A DNA stretch of 64,000 nucleotides from Eledone cirrhosa (GCA_964016885.1 OZ024740.1:257300001-257364000); one strand, 5' to 3'. Counted from the first letter of the stretch, positions 26,267 to 41,433 are shown. Notes: a model not told the origin generated them from the letters alone. Numbers and translations are program-made.

Positions 26267-27357
26267 TATTGTTATACTTGGGGAGGGTCATATTTGTGTA
26301 CTATTGCCAGAATTAATAACAGAACACACTCACTGTTTGGTTGGTTTTCGCTTTTCGCTTCTGTGTCTTTTATATCGGTAATCTAATTTATTCGGTCCTC
26401 AATGTTGCCATTGACTGACCAACGGTCAAAAACACAGATAAATATAGACACAAACACATATATATAGTTTATCAAAGTTCTTTCGTTGCACATCTGCAAC
26501 ATCGTCAGTGGTGCTATTGTTTCCTCCAGTTGCATTGTATTTTCTACGCCATCTTTATTTAGTCTGTTTATATATTTATTTATTTGTTTATTTTATTTTG
26601 TCTTCTTTGCGCATACGTTTGCGTGTGTGTATGGTGTTTTATTTGATGTGTATTCGTGATTGGGTGACTGTGTATTGGTTAATGTATTCTATCTTTACTA
26701 GTGTGTGTTTATATGTGTTTGTTGTTATTGTGCTTGTGTAGCATTTATTTATTTATTTAACTATTTATTTATTTATACTTCTCTTAAAAAATGAATGGAA
26801 TAACAACAACACCCAAACAAACAACACTGACCTAAGAGAAGTATAAATAAATAAATAAATAGATAAATAAATAAATACATACACAAGCACAATAACAAAA
26901 AACACATATAAACACACACTAGTAAAGATAGAATACATTAACCAATACACAGTCACCCAATCACGAACACACATCAAATAAAACACTATACACACACGCA
27001 AACGCATGCGCAAAGAAGACAAAATAAAATAAACAAATATATAAATATATAAACAGACTAAATAAAGATGGCGTAGAAAATACAATGCAACGGGAGGAAA
27101 CAATAGCACCACTGACGATGTTGCAGATGTGCAACGAAAGAACTTTGATGAACTATATATATGTGTTCGTGTCTATATTGTATCTGTATTATTTTTGACC
27201 GTTGGTCAGTCAATGGCAACATTGAGGACCGAATAAATTAGATTACCGATATAAAAGACACAGAAGCGAAAAGCGAAATCCAACCAAACAGTGAGTGTGT
27301 TCTGTTATTAATTCTGGCAATATTACACAAATATGACCCTCCCCAAATATAACAATA
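26267..27357. repeat. Large palindrome, arms about 520 bp, spacer about 46 bp, one HHR motif per arm
   Basis: 26267-26786 versus 26833-27357. Near-identical ORFs on opposite strands in the ORF track. Confidence 0.95.
27103..27156 (+). ncRNA. Minimal HHR motif (mirror copy at 26464-26517, minus)
   Basis: CACCA-CTGACGA-T-GTTGCA-GATG-TGCAAC-GAAA-GAACTT-TGATG. Perfect 6-bp stem II; stems I and III are imperfect. Confidence 0.65.
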
Positions 27358-27830
27358 TTTGTTTCGACACACGATTTCATATAAAAAACCTCGCAAAACT
27401 AATTCATCGCCGTTATGTGTGTGTGTGTGTGTGTGTATTTGTGTGTGTTTGTGTGTATGTATGTGATATTTTATAATTCATTCGCTACATAACTTAATCC
27501 TCTATTTCAACAATATTCCTAGGTTCCACTATAGTCTCACCACCCTCACCACATTGACAACTAAATTACCCCATTATCTCCCACTTCCTTCCAACCACAA
27601 CCGCCTATATATCTCCTCTTGTACACCCCATCCACGATAAAAACACCACTATCTATATTTACGTGTACATCACCCAGTAAAAAAAGCAGTCGGAAGTCAG
27701 GGAAGTGATGTGAGGGTTATTTCATATATTTTATCTTACCTTACATCCGCCATATTTACATTTTTACTTTGAAGTTTTGCTGTTATTCTTATTTTGTCAG
27801 TAATTCTTTCCCTCCTCTCTATATTTCTCT

Positions 27831-27905
<75 letters not shown>

Positions 27906-28160
27906 GTATATATATATATATATATAATGTATATATATATATATGTATATATGTATATATTATACACAGAGAGAGAGGGGAGGAGAAAGAGAGAAAGAGA
28001 TGGACTAAGAGAGAGAGAGAGGGAAAGAGACAGAAAAGAATGTATATACATATATGCATCTATATATACACATACATATAAATATACATTCATACATATG
28101 TATTTTTAAGCATGCATACATATACATATGTACACACATACACCCGCATACACACACTCT

Positions 28161-28463
<303 letters not shown>

Positions 28464-28689
28464 TATATATATATATAATGTAATTAATTTATATTCATAC
28501 ACGGAATAAGAGCCCTACGTAAGTATTGAAGGTACAACTATGACCATCTATCGAGATTGTAAAAGCGATCAAATGTGTGCCCTAGTCATCAGACGCTTGG
28601 ACGAGTCTGAAGGTGCCGTTAACAATTGTGGTGTATAAATGCTTCATTATGAAAAACAAATATTTATATATTAACGTAGTATAACAAAA

Positions 28690-28995
28690 GGAGATAACTC
28701 ATGATGTTATTTTTAAATGGCTATGTTCTTGTTCGTGTGTAGTCAATATAGTGGATGTTTGGTATTATGTGCTGGTATGTGATATATAGATGCTTTTATT
28801 TATTAAAGTTATTGAATATCTTCTATCTCGTTCAAGCCCCTTATAACTAGGTTATAGTTATTTGATCGTTCCTACATTGTGTGGAGATGTTCATAATTGA
28901 ACGTTGAAACCTTAGGGAGTGGTTTTCTTCCTTATATATGTTTTAGCTGAAGCTAGTTATGTGACTATATTTGCTACCTTAAATTCATAGTGAAA
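28690..28995 (-). mobile_element. Highly degraded PLE GIY-YIG remnant
   Basis: YEFKVANI..AKTYIRK resembles the VYEFKC..TYIGK consensus. An isolated CTGATGA lies downstream at about 28586-28592 (minus). Confidence 0.35.
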
Positions 28996-28996
28996 G

Positions 28997-29002
<6 letters not shown>

Positions 29003-29060
<58 letters not shown>

Positions 29061-29160
29061 CGTTATATTATATTATATTATATTATATTATATTATATTA
29101 TATTATATTATATTATATTATATTATATTATATTATATTATATATTATATTGTATTATAT
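29003..29160. repeat. (TA)n followed by (ATTAT)n
   Basis: Direct observation. Confidence 0.95.
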
Positions 29161-30323
29161 TGTCTTAGGTTTCTTTAAACCTCACAGAAACTATATCATG
29201 TGCATAACACAAAGATGGAGCGGTATAGAAGTCCCTGAATTGATGTAACTGATAATAATGCAGGTTGTCAGATGTGACTTGCACGTCTGGTCATTCTTAT
29301 ATAAAATTGAACCTACACACCATATAACAGGCCGTAATTAAAATGCCACACCTTATGAACATTATAAAGTTGTTTCAATCTTGCATAACACCGCTTAATT
29401 TGCCGGTGAAATTCAATTTGTTTTGATAGCAAGCACATGTCCATAAATGTCTTTTTTACTGAAATATGTTTGAGGAAAAATATAATAGTATATACGAAGC
29501 CACTTTACATTTAGATACAGGATTAATTTGTAGTTTAATTATTTACCTATAATAACTACTTTTAGATCAGGTAGTTTAAATTAATAACAGTTATTATAAC
29601 ATTGTAATCTGATATGTATAATTTTATACAGACTTTCGCTGAAAATTTTAATGTATAAATCTAGCTAAGTCAACGAAAAATAATTGTTTAATTATGTATC
29701 TTTCTATATTCATTTATTGATACCTCACTGTCTTCTATCATAATATAAATAAGATTAATACCAGTGTTTTACCGATAATTTGTGTGCCGTTGAAATCTTC
29801 TGATAAAGAAGAATTAATTTTAAACTTTAATTCTTACAAAATTATTAATTCGCTTTTCTCTTTTTTATTTTTTTGTTTATGTTTAGTATTTTTTATATAT
29901 TGTTACGAATTAATCTTCATAGTTTTTCCTGTGGTGATACACCGTCGGTACTAAAAGTAATAATTCATCGAGTATTTATATAGAAATTCCAAAATTACAG
30001 GGCCAATATTTATGAAATAAATTGCTCGTGTTTCATTTACATCTAGAATCGCTAATCCAATTTAGATATCGGGATGAATCGACTTCAAATATGCTGTATC
30101 ATGATTTCACATATAAATACTCCATGGCTTATCACTTACAGTACCTACTTTTGAACAATACAGGAAAAAATATGAAACAAAATTCGTACGTTCGGTCAAA
30201 AACCATTATATGTTGACATCATCTTCGATTACATGTTACACACATTCACTAATTCAGCTAATCGAAACTGATTACTACTATAATCTGTCTGCCTCTCTGT
30301 CTTTCTCTATCTTTCGCTCTCTC

Positions 30324-30369
<46 letters not shown>

Positions 30370-30377
<8 letters not shown>

Positions 30378-30779
30378 TGCATATATAGTGTATTTTGTAA
30401 TACACTGTATGCTTAATTAAAAGCATTTTGAAGACCTTACCCTATTGTTTTAAAGTAGTGACTATGTCACTTACTTCTTTTTTTCAGTAAACAAAGGGAG
30501 ATAAGCTGACAGATCTCTGTTTCGTACTGTTAGTACTCCTCAGAGCTTAGCACTCCCTTTGCCTGCTGAAAATTATGAATGTTGGATTCTTATAGAATTC
30601 CAGTAATAATCAGTAACAGATCATACAGAGCGGTTGCCGGTCTAGCAAAAATTGAAAATTAGAATTGGTGCTCAGAAATAGCGATATATATATGACCCCA
30701 ATTTATCTCCCTTTGTTTGCTGAAAAAAGAAGTATGTTACATAGTCACTACTTTAAAACAATAGCGTAAGGTTTCAAAA
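30370..30779 (-). mobile_element. HHR family B element with an inverted 3'-tail copy
   Basis: 30426-30503 versus 30703-30779 inverted. The tail is homologous to 8440-8550, 13305-13415 and 44540-44650. Confidence 0.75.
30481..30572 (-). ncRNA. Intact full-length type I hammerhead ribozyme (family B)
   Basis: AAAGGGAG-TGC-TAAGCT-CTGAGGA-GTAC-TAACA-GTAC-GAAA-CAGAGATCT-GTC-AGCTTA-T-CTCCCTTT. All core bases present; GUC cleavage triplet. Confidence 0.9.
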
Positions 30780-30792
30780 TATTTTACACATG

Positions 30793-30833
<41 letters not shown>

Positions 30834-32545
30834 GGATTATTATAAAAGTGAGAACGGTGCTGTGTGGTCACCAATAAATACTATTTAGAATGCATGAGAG
30901 AAAACACAAACACAAGGACAATTCCAGCTCGTTAGCTATCCTCAGTGGATCGTTAATGTTTCGAACGCATTGAAAACAGTACCTTTCACCACATTGCTTT
31001 AAGAGCTAAAATGGATAGCAATCCGGGAAGAAACACAACGGACGATCACGCAGAGACCGACTAAAAAAAAAGCAAAAAAGAAAGAAAGATATACTGATAG
31101 AGAAATGACAAAAGACGACGACAGCAGTACATGAAAGTTGGATAGTAATGTACTGTCTTTTAGACTTTTCTACAAGGTATTCTGGTGAATGTTAAGTTCG
31201 TCAGGTTATTAATTTTTATTCTTGCTGTTTTTCAAAAATGTCTTTAGATTACTTCAAATTAGTTAGATAATACTATGATTGTCTCCAAATTTACCCATTT
31301 TAATGTAGTTATTTTAAGAGAAGTGAATAAAGAGCTTTGCAGCATTCGTTCCGGTTATATGCCTTGAATTAAAATCCTGCTGAAGCCAATTTTGCCGTTC
31401 TTTCATTCAGTGTCTGTTGTGTATTCCTTTCTCTTTCTCTGTTGAAGAAATCGACTGTGTTCAAACCTAGAGTAAGAAGGACTGCGCCAAATTTAAGTTA
31501 CGACTCTATTAGTCTATATATGTACCCATGAGTGTATATGGTTATTAGTATGGGGAAATCTAGACACAGCTCAACTATCTCAAAGCTGATAATATTAGTA
31601 TTCTAATTATTTTCAAGAATAGTTTTTACAAATTTATAGTATCATGCAGGTGATCTTTCTTCATCTTCTTCCCCAACTTATTCCTGAGAGGGTCGTGGGA
31701 ACAAAGTCCTCAAACAACCTTTCAAGCTAGTCCTGTCAGAGCAACCGTCTTCCACTGATCCGTCTGCATCCCCAAGCGAAACCGGACACGCTCATGGATG
31801 TTATCCAACCATCCTGCTCGGGGTCTAGCCCAGTGTCTTCGGTCGGTTGGTTTTTCCCGTAAAATCTATTCAGCGACTCTTTATTGATACATTTTTACCA
31901 CATGTCTCTAGTATCGCAGCTGTGATCTCACAATTCAGAGGAGGAGTGGCTCTACTTGGAGTGACTCTCTGATCTCTAAGCTACGAATTATATCGAGTAA
32001 TGTTATTCCAAAGACCCTTCGGAGGAACCTCATTTCGGCAGTTTATATTCGCGATCGAATGCATTCAGCCATTACACAAGATTTTTTACTATAAGCAAGA
32101 GTTGGCACGAGTACCGAATTGAAGATTGTGAGTTTGGCTTTTACACCTACCTCCATTTTTCTGATTACTAAATGCTGAAATTGGTGCTTTACTGGACCAG
32201 CTCCTGCAATTTTTGCACTTAATAATTCAGCCTCTTGCATTTCATCACTCGGGGGAACACGACTCCGAGATACTCTATTTGCTTCAGTAGAACTCCGTTT
32301 GCACGTAGACTGTACAGCGCAGGCTTCCCTGAGAGGACGAATGTCTCAGTTTTCGAAGCACTGATTTTCATAACAGTCATGCAACGTTCGGCATCAAACC
32401 TATCTAGTGCATGTCGGAGATCACCTTCTGTCGAATAATGTATCACCATGTCGTCTGCAAATTGCAGACAAATGATTTTACACCCACCTGTAATGATACC
32501 ACTTCCAACCTGGCTGCGCATGTTAATCCTGTTCATGTAAATAAT

Positions 32546-32960
32546 TGTTTATACTTTTGGCACAAGGCCAGCAATTACCCAGTACATTATTTTATCGACC
32601 CATTATTTTATCGACCCCGAAAGGATGAAAGGCAAAGTTAACCTCGACGGGATTTGAACTCAGACCGTGAAGGGACGTAACTATGCTAGAAAGCATGGCG
32701 TCCAATCCTCTACCGATACTGCCAATTCACCGCCTGTAAATAATGTTTTTTTTATATAGGCACAAGGCCTGCAATTTGGGGGGAGGGGAAAGTTGATTAA
32801 ATCGACGCCAGTGCGTGACTGGTACTTTATTTTATCGACCGCGTAAGGATGAAAGGCAAAGTTAACCTCGGCGGGATTTGAACTCAGATCATAAAGGGCC
32901 GTAATTCTATGCTACAAAGCATGGCGTCCGAACCTCTACCGATACTGCCAATTCACCGCC
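32546..32960 (-). mobile_element. Two tandem SINEs nested in the RTE RT domain
   Basis: SINEs at 32546-32734 and 32745-32960. tgtaaataat occurs at 32536, 32735 and 32961. Confidence 0.9.
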
Positions 32961-34064
32961 TGTAAATAATGAGAGATGATAGTACGCACATTTGGCGGAG
33001 TCCGACTCATTCATTGAATAGTTTCGATTTAACACAATTTATCCGATCACAAATACTCGGGCATTCGCCTTTTCAAGTTCAACAAAACGAGAATAAACCT
33101 CTTAACAATGCTCCCACGGTTTCTCGAAGACCTGCCGCAGTATAAATATTTGGTCGACTGTACTGCGTCCGAGACAAAAGCCACACTGTTCATCAGCTAG
33201 CTTGGCATCGACAATCTCCCTGCATCTCTTTGCCAGGCATTTAGAGAAGACTTTACCGGGGAGGCTTCACAAGAAGATCCCTCGGTAATTAGAACAATTT
33301 CTCTTGTCTCCTGTTTTGAAAATTGGAATTATCGTTCTCGATTGATATTGCTTAGGGGCCTTCCCGGATATTAAGTCCACATGGCAGAGAATGCCTTCTC
33401 TAAAGCCTTTATCATCCCGGGCCAGATTTCATCTTCCCCAGTGGCCTTGCCACATTTGAGCTCTTTAAACACTTTTCTGATCTCAACTTATGAGAGATTA
33501 ATCACCGCTCCCAGACGCACAGCGAATACACTCAAAGATGCTATTGTGAGCTGGTTTAGGAGATCAGCAAAGTATTCTTTAAAACTCGTGAGGGTGCACC
33601 TTTCTGAAGAGAGGACAAACCCAGACGCGATCTTGATAGCTGATTTGGAAAAGGGCTTCTTATTTCCAAGTCACTGAGTTTCTTTGTGCATGCTTGTATC
33701 GCAAGTGTAAAGAATGAGGACTTATTTCCAAGCCAAGCTTTGTAAGCCACCTACTTTGTTCGGATGACATCTTTGACATTTTGATTCAAGGGTTCTCCTG
33801 CCATCTGGCGCCACACCCAGCCTATTTGCTTGCAGCATTCAACAGCTGAAGTAGAAACTGATGAGCTAAACAATCTCCACTCTGTCTCAAAGTTCTCAGT
33901 TTGCTCAGAGAGTTTTCTGAATTTCCATGCAATAGTATCTGCATACCTAGGCGTGATTTTCTTATCCACCAATACACCCCACTTTATGCTGAAGGTCGCC
34001 CTGTATCTATCAGTTTTGTGGGCTTCTTTGATTTTAGGTAGTCTGAAGTTGCAGTTAACTAGAT

Positions 34065-35205
34065 CTTCTTATCGTATCCACAAGAGTGTCTACAAAGCCT
34101 GGCTAGATGTGGTTCCGCCACAGCTGAACGCATTACTATTCTTTCTCATTAAACTCTGTCAAGTCCAGTGCTGTGTAGGGGTGTCCCAGCAGGAGGAATA
34201 TCATGAATATCGTAGTCTGTGGTTCGATGCCGCAATCACACACAACGTCTCCATCCTTTGAATATCCCCATTTTTCCAGATTGGCTTTTGCACGACCAAC
34301 ACCAGATCTTAATCTGTTATACATTTCCACACTGCAATGTTTGTATCTGCTCCGAAGGGTAGTGCCTCGTTCGGCTTTAACTCCATTGTTATTAAAGATG
34401 GGAGGTTGTTAAATTTTTCTTCCCAGTAAGTGATTATTTCATTACTTATGCTTGATGTTCCAAGGAAACTTTTCTTGGATTTAAGGTGGCTTTTGTCTGG
34501 CACACAGCCAAAAAGAGGATGTGTTTGATCTGTTGTCTGTTTTTGACGCTCTTTCTTGCTTGCTGCACTTCGTCTTATCTCTGGTAGGGCTATGCCTGGC
34601 AGCATATACAGACAGTCCGTAGGTGTAGATTTCAGAGAGCCTGTGATGAGGCGGCAGCTAGCATTGAGGGCAGCATCTAGCTTCTGGACATGGACAGCTC
34701 GCTCCCATGCTGGGCATGTTCACTCGGCAGATGAGTAGCAGAGAACTAGTGCAGTTGACTTAAGAATCTGTGGGTTTGCACCCGTGGTTGTGCCAGTGAA
34801 CTTGCAATTGATGTTCCTTGAATTGACTTTGCACTTGGTCTTCTTAATGTGGATCTTAAAAGGGAGACACCTGGGTAGACTGGATGCTCAGTGTTCAAGG
34901 AGGGTTCCTGACCAGTTAACCTTCAGTCGGCATTTGGCTTCACGGTTTCGCAGGTAGAAGGCACACACCTGCACCCTGGATGAATTTGCACGCAGATGGT
35001 TCTCTTCATAATAAGGTGTTATCTCTCCCAGAGCATTGGAGAGTCTATCTTCCCCAGATTTGAAATCAGTGTCTTGTGCACATATGACAGGATCGTTTTC
35101 ATAGATGAAGCGGCGGATGTCTGCACTTTTTAGTTGGTCGTTGGAGCAGATGTTGGAGAGAAGTGGTGCAAGCACACTTCCTTGTGGGAGGCCATTCTTG
35201 AGTCC
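34065..35205 (-). mobile_element. 5'-truncated Vingi-like LINE nested in the RTE
   Basis: LKNGLPQGSVLAPLL, NHLRANSSRVQVCAFYLRNREA, NRLRSGVGRAKANLEKWGY..CDCG. 8-bp TSD aactagat at 34057-34064 and 35219-35226. Confidence 0.8.
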
Positions 35206-37580
35206 CTCACTTAACACGAACTAGATGTGATCAGCCACTCACTTAACACGAACATCAAGCACAGAATCGAAGGGATCAGAGACAATAACAAAATCAATTA
35301 TTGATCTCTGTCCATGATTCCCCTTATACTATGTATATTTATGGATGTCTCTGTACTGATAGGCGGTGTTCATAATAGAGAGTCCATTGTAATAAGACCT
35401 CTCCATTTATATTTTGATCGGGGTCTCTATTCCTTCCAATCACTCGTTTCCATGCCAGGTGGTCAGTGTCAACATGCGCATTGAAATCTCCTATCAGGAT
35501 ATATGACTCAGTCTTAACTACAGCTAACGCTACAGTGACTTCATCTAGGAAGGACCTGCATTCGGACTCTTTGTTTGGTGTATAAATTTTCACCACCCAC
35601 AGATGCAAATCTTCCCTCCTAATGAGAACCATTCCATAAAAAATTCGGACAGCCGGGGGCTTGTAAGTATCACCACTCCCGCCTATGCAGTCATTTCTGG
35701 CGCCACACGTGAACAGTGGAGTTTCCATCGTCCATCAAAATTTACAGTATCTGAGCCATGGAAATTTGTTGAGGAAATTCAGACTACCTCTATCCGGTAG
35801 AATCTAGCCTCCTCCACTAGGTCCTGCTCCTTTCCTGTAAAGGTTGTGATGTTCCAGGTTCCAACTGTCACCCTTCCAAACCGTCTTTGTGTTCTAGGTA
35901 TACGCAATCTATGTGCGTTCACACCACGCACATAGATTGCGTTCACACCACGCCTCCCAAGGCAGGTCACAGGCCCATTGCCAGTTTTTGCAGCCTGAAA
36001 TGGAGACTGCAACATAATTTTCGAACAGGTCCCACTAGGTAAGGCCTAAACGCGTCTCTTATTAACCTATGCGAAGGACGATGTGGTATGGATCTTCTTT
36101 GTTTTCCTTATCATATTGCAGTTTTCGTGGTTTTATTCGCGCTGGTCACCAATCTGTTACTTTATCAACCCGAGATGACTAGGCTTTTTCAGAGTTGACC
36201 GTTAATCGCCTCATCATAGCTACGTCACTGGGTCGTGAGAGTTTTCTTGGGAGCTACAAGTGTCACTCATTGTTCCCTCTCCTCAATAAGTTCACCACTT
36301 TTGTCCGGCACTGCTTATTCGTCCGGCAGTTATCGGCTTATATCGCAACTAGCCATCACACCTGCAGGTGATTATCTTTAAAATTTAATACCTAATTCGT
36401 CAATAAACAAATGTTGAATATTAAAAGGAATCAAGTATATGTAGAAAAGAGAGAATGTTACTTCTTAGCGAGTATCCTCCACCTCCAACTTACTTACCCT
36501 CCAACTCTGGGTCCTGACCGACAGGATGAAGAATACACTGTCTGCCATTTTTACAACCCACACCTTAAAACACAAGGAAGTTCTGCGGCGTTATGTTTTG
36601 TCATCGACGTTGTTTCGCTGTACGTAAGAAAATTGAATGAACGATAATTAATTGACACCTATATGTAAATTACGAATGATACATTAGTAAAAGAAAGTAT
36701 CGCAACATGCACAGGACATTGCATTATCCTCTTTTCCACACATCTGAATTAATATTGTATATGTAAATTCAGGAACATATTTTTAGCAAAAGCAAATGGT
36801 AAAAATTAAATTATATTTGATTAAAACAAATATATATATATAAAAGAAAAAACATGATTAAAACAAATATATATATATAAAAGAAAATTACAGCAAATGA
36901 TTTAAATAAATGGAAAATGATATGACTGATATTTGACTGCTGTCATATTCTGTTCCTGCGACCATGGTCGCAAGAACAGAATTAAAAAAAATTGTTAGTA
37001 CGTCGGCTTAACTTACTCCGATACTTTGCGATTTGAGTTCAAACTTCGAAACACTAAACCATGCAGTTGTAAAGCAATCTTCTTAATCAGAGTGCTATTA
37101 AAAGCCTTATGAAATAAACGGTCACTGTAGACTGTAAATACCAACTTAGAAAGTAAATGAAGTGTGATATGTATAAAAGGCAAATTATGATGCAAGGGTT
37201 GGATTAATTTGCTATGGAAAGTATTAGACGTTGGAAAGAAATAATAATAGATTGACATGAACATGATAAATATTATATGAAAGAGCAAAGATGAATAAAG
37301 AACAGAGAAATGATGTGGGAAAATTAGAAGGCAAACACAAAAGAACCAAGGTGCGCTCCCACTTAAAAAAAAACCCAGTAAAATCCCTGAGCAAATAAGA
37401 AAAAAAATGAAAATGGAATGTTTTTGGCACATGACCTTTGAGATTTGAACTGTGAAAAACAAGGGGAGATAAATGGTGGAGAGTCTTAGTTTAAAGGTTC
37501 CTCTATATCTCTCTCAAGATCTATAGATAGAGGTGGGATACTATATGGAATGGAATTAACCAATCAAAGAAGATATTGGA

Positions 37581-37597
37581 TGAGAGAGAGAGAGAGA

Positions 37598-37674
<77 letters not shown>

Positions 37675-37947
37675 AAAGGAACATAGGTTGAAGAAATGTG
37701 GATCTGTATGAGAGTCCAAAAGATAAAATAAAAAAGAAGACACCCATGGGAAATCAATTAGTGATGAAGAAAATGGACAGAATTTGCAGCTCTAATTGTG
37801 TTTAGAGAGAAAGGGGGAAGGATATAGGGGAAAAGGAGATATAGATAGAAAAGAAGGGAGAGAGATATAGGAAAGGTAGAGTAGAGAATGAAATAGATTC
37901 AAGCTGAGTGACATTACAGATTTGTTAAGATAGGTCTCTTGTTAGAT

Positions 37948-37999
<52 letters not shown>

Positions 38000-38070
38000 G
38001 CAGCTAAAATAATAATAATGGTAATAATAATAATGATAATGATGATGATGATAATAACAACAACAACAAC

Positions 38071-38106
<36 letters not shown>

Positions 38107-38438
38107 TAATAATAATAATAATAATAAGAGACGTAAATGAATAAATAAGGGAATATGTTACCAAAAAATATAATAGTATAGAAAAATGGTAGATAATTTG
38201 CCATATTGGTGATAAGGTGGAAGAAAGTAAACAACATAGGAAAAAATATTAATTTAATAAAACTAGTGTTATCGTAATGATGATGACGATCATCATTATG
38301 ACTACCCCAACACTATTATCAGCACCATCATCAGTATCACCAACTTCATTACCAACATCACCTTCATCATCTGTATCATCATCATCAACAGTAATTTCAT
38401 CATTATCGATACCATCTTTACTTTTATGTTGTTGTTGT

Positions 38439-38480
<42 letters not shown>

Positions 38481-38490
38481 GAGGAGGAGG
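37581..38490. repeat. Microsatellite cluster: (GA)n, (AAT)n, (ATC)n, (GTA)n
   Basis: Direct observation. Confidence 0.9.
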
Positions 38491-38748
38491 AGGACTAGTA
38501 TAATTTGGACCATCAAGTCATATGAAAGTCCCCTTTGCCTTTCACCTTGTCGGGAATGAAATGACTTTAACCAATGTTGACACATGACGACCACCAAATA
38601 TTTGGTTCTGTCACTTAAGACTCCATATCCTTTATTCAAATAATAATTTGAACTTTGCAGCTTTAATGTTTATATATAAACCGAAACATATCGAACCAGA
38701 CTCTCACCCATAGCCGGTAGTAATGAACTAACGCAATCTGCCTCGAAT

Positions 38749-38925
38749 ATCTTCTTCTTCTTCTTCTTCTTCTTCTTCTTCTTCTTCTTCTTCTTCTTCT
38801 TCTTCTTCTTCTTCTTCTTCTTCTTCTTCTTCTTCTTCTTCTTCTTCTTCTTCTTCTTCTTCTTCTTCTTCTTCTCATCTGCCCACCTATTCCTGGGAGG
38901 GTCGTGGGGACAGAGTCCTCAAGCA
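38749..38925 (-). mobile_element. About 50-bp RTE 3' stub with expanded (GAA)n tail
   Basis: cctattcctgggagggtcgtggggacagagtcctcaa matches the RTE 3' end at 31677-31713. Confidence 0.85.
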
Positions 38926-39429
38926 TACCTAAATATAATATATAAAATCATTGCCTTCATCACAATTGTGACAGACAAGAGGAAATAGGAAAGGAGAAAG
39001 GAATTTGTTTTCCATTTTATATTATGGAATATATTAAATTTTATTGAGTTAAAATTCCATATCCACTCGTATATATTTATTAACAGGAAGAGTATAAAAA
39101 GGGAGGGGGGAATTATTAAAAATAGTGTGAAAAAAGGGGAGGAAATCTTACAGTTCTGGCTGGACAGTACACTTCACCAGCTTTCCGTAGACAATATGGT
39201 GAATGCATATGATATCTCACTATAGATACAGAGAAAGTGATGTACGTGACCAGATGCACGAACTGTCTTTATAATCCTGCAATATACATTAATGAGTCGG
39301 CTAGTTATAAGTAATTATGAATCACTACCTCCTTACGGGAAACTGATGCTGCATATTAGGTCCAAACACAGAAGAGCCAAACTTCCATTATCATCACCTC
39401 CATCTCTCTCGACCTCCCCATATCTCTCT

Positions 39430-39650
39430 ATTATGAGCAAATGGATCCCACGTGCTGCCGCCCCATGGCCCCGGCGGACAGAATGGAGAAGGCCTTTCCC
39501 CGGAGGATGGTAAGGGAGATGCTGTGGAAGAGATATTCCATCTCGTGAGGCTCACACCTGCGGCTAGCAAGCTCAGCGCCCATGGTGATAAGTAGGGACA
39601 ACGACACCAGAAGCATTGCTGACAATACCAGTGGCATCAGATCAGCCATT
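39430..39650 (-). mobile_element. CRE-like restriction-like endonuclease C-terminal remnant
   Basis: MGAELASRRCEPHEMEYLFHSISLTILRGKAFSILS resembles the G.RL....GEPRE..FLFQRISLAIQRGNA.SIL consensus. Confidence 0.65.
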
Positions 39651-39702
39651 TCAAATCTGATGAGATAGCTTCCTCTCGATTTTGCAAAGGAAAACGAATT
39701 GA

Positions 39703-41417
<1,715 letters not shown>

Positions 41418-41433
41418 ACACTGTATATATATA

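Larger units (their letters stand above)
31655..36362 (-). mobile_element. RTE-clade LINE (Expander/Rex3-like), full span but degenerate
   Basis: APE VTVGTWNITTFTGKEQDLVEEA and ILIGDFNAHV; RT CLQFADD, MKISASKTE. (GAA)-rich tail. TSD tgcaggtgat at 31645-31654 and 36363-36372. Confidence 0.9.

Noticed and set aside
29170-29245. GFFKPHRNYIMCITQRWSGIEVP, sushi-domain-like mini-exon
   Set aside because: Too short, the closing Cys is missing, and the donor is weak.
36818-36887. Two-copy tandem repeat of about 38 bp
   Set aside because: Ordinary slippage duplication in AT-rich DNA.
39431-39648. 72-aa ORF resembling a secreted peptide precursor (MADLMPLVLSAMLL...)
   Set aside because: Its C-terminal half matches the end of a CRE-type restriction-like endonuclease, so it is a retroelement remnant.
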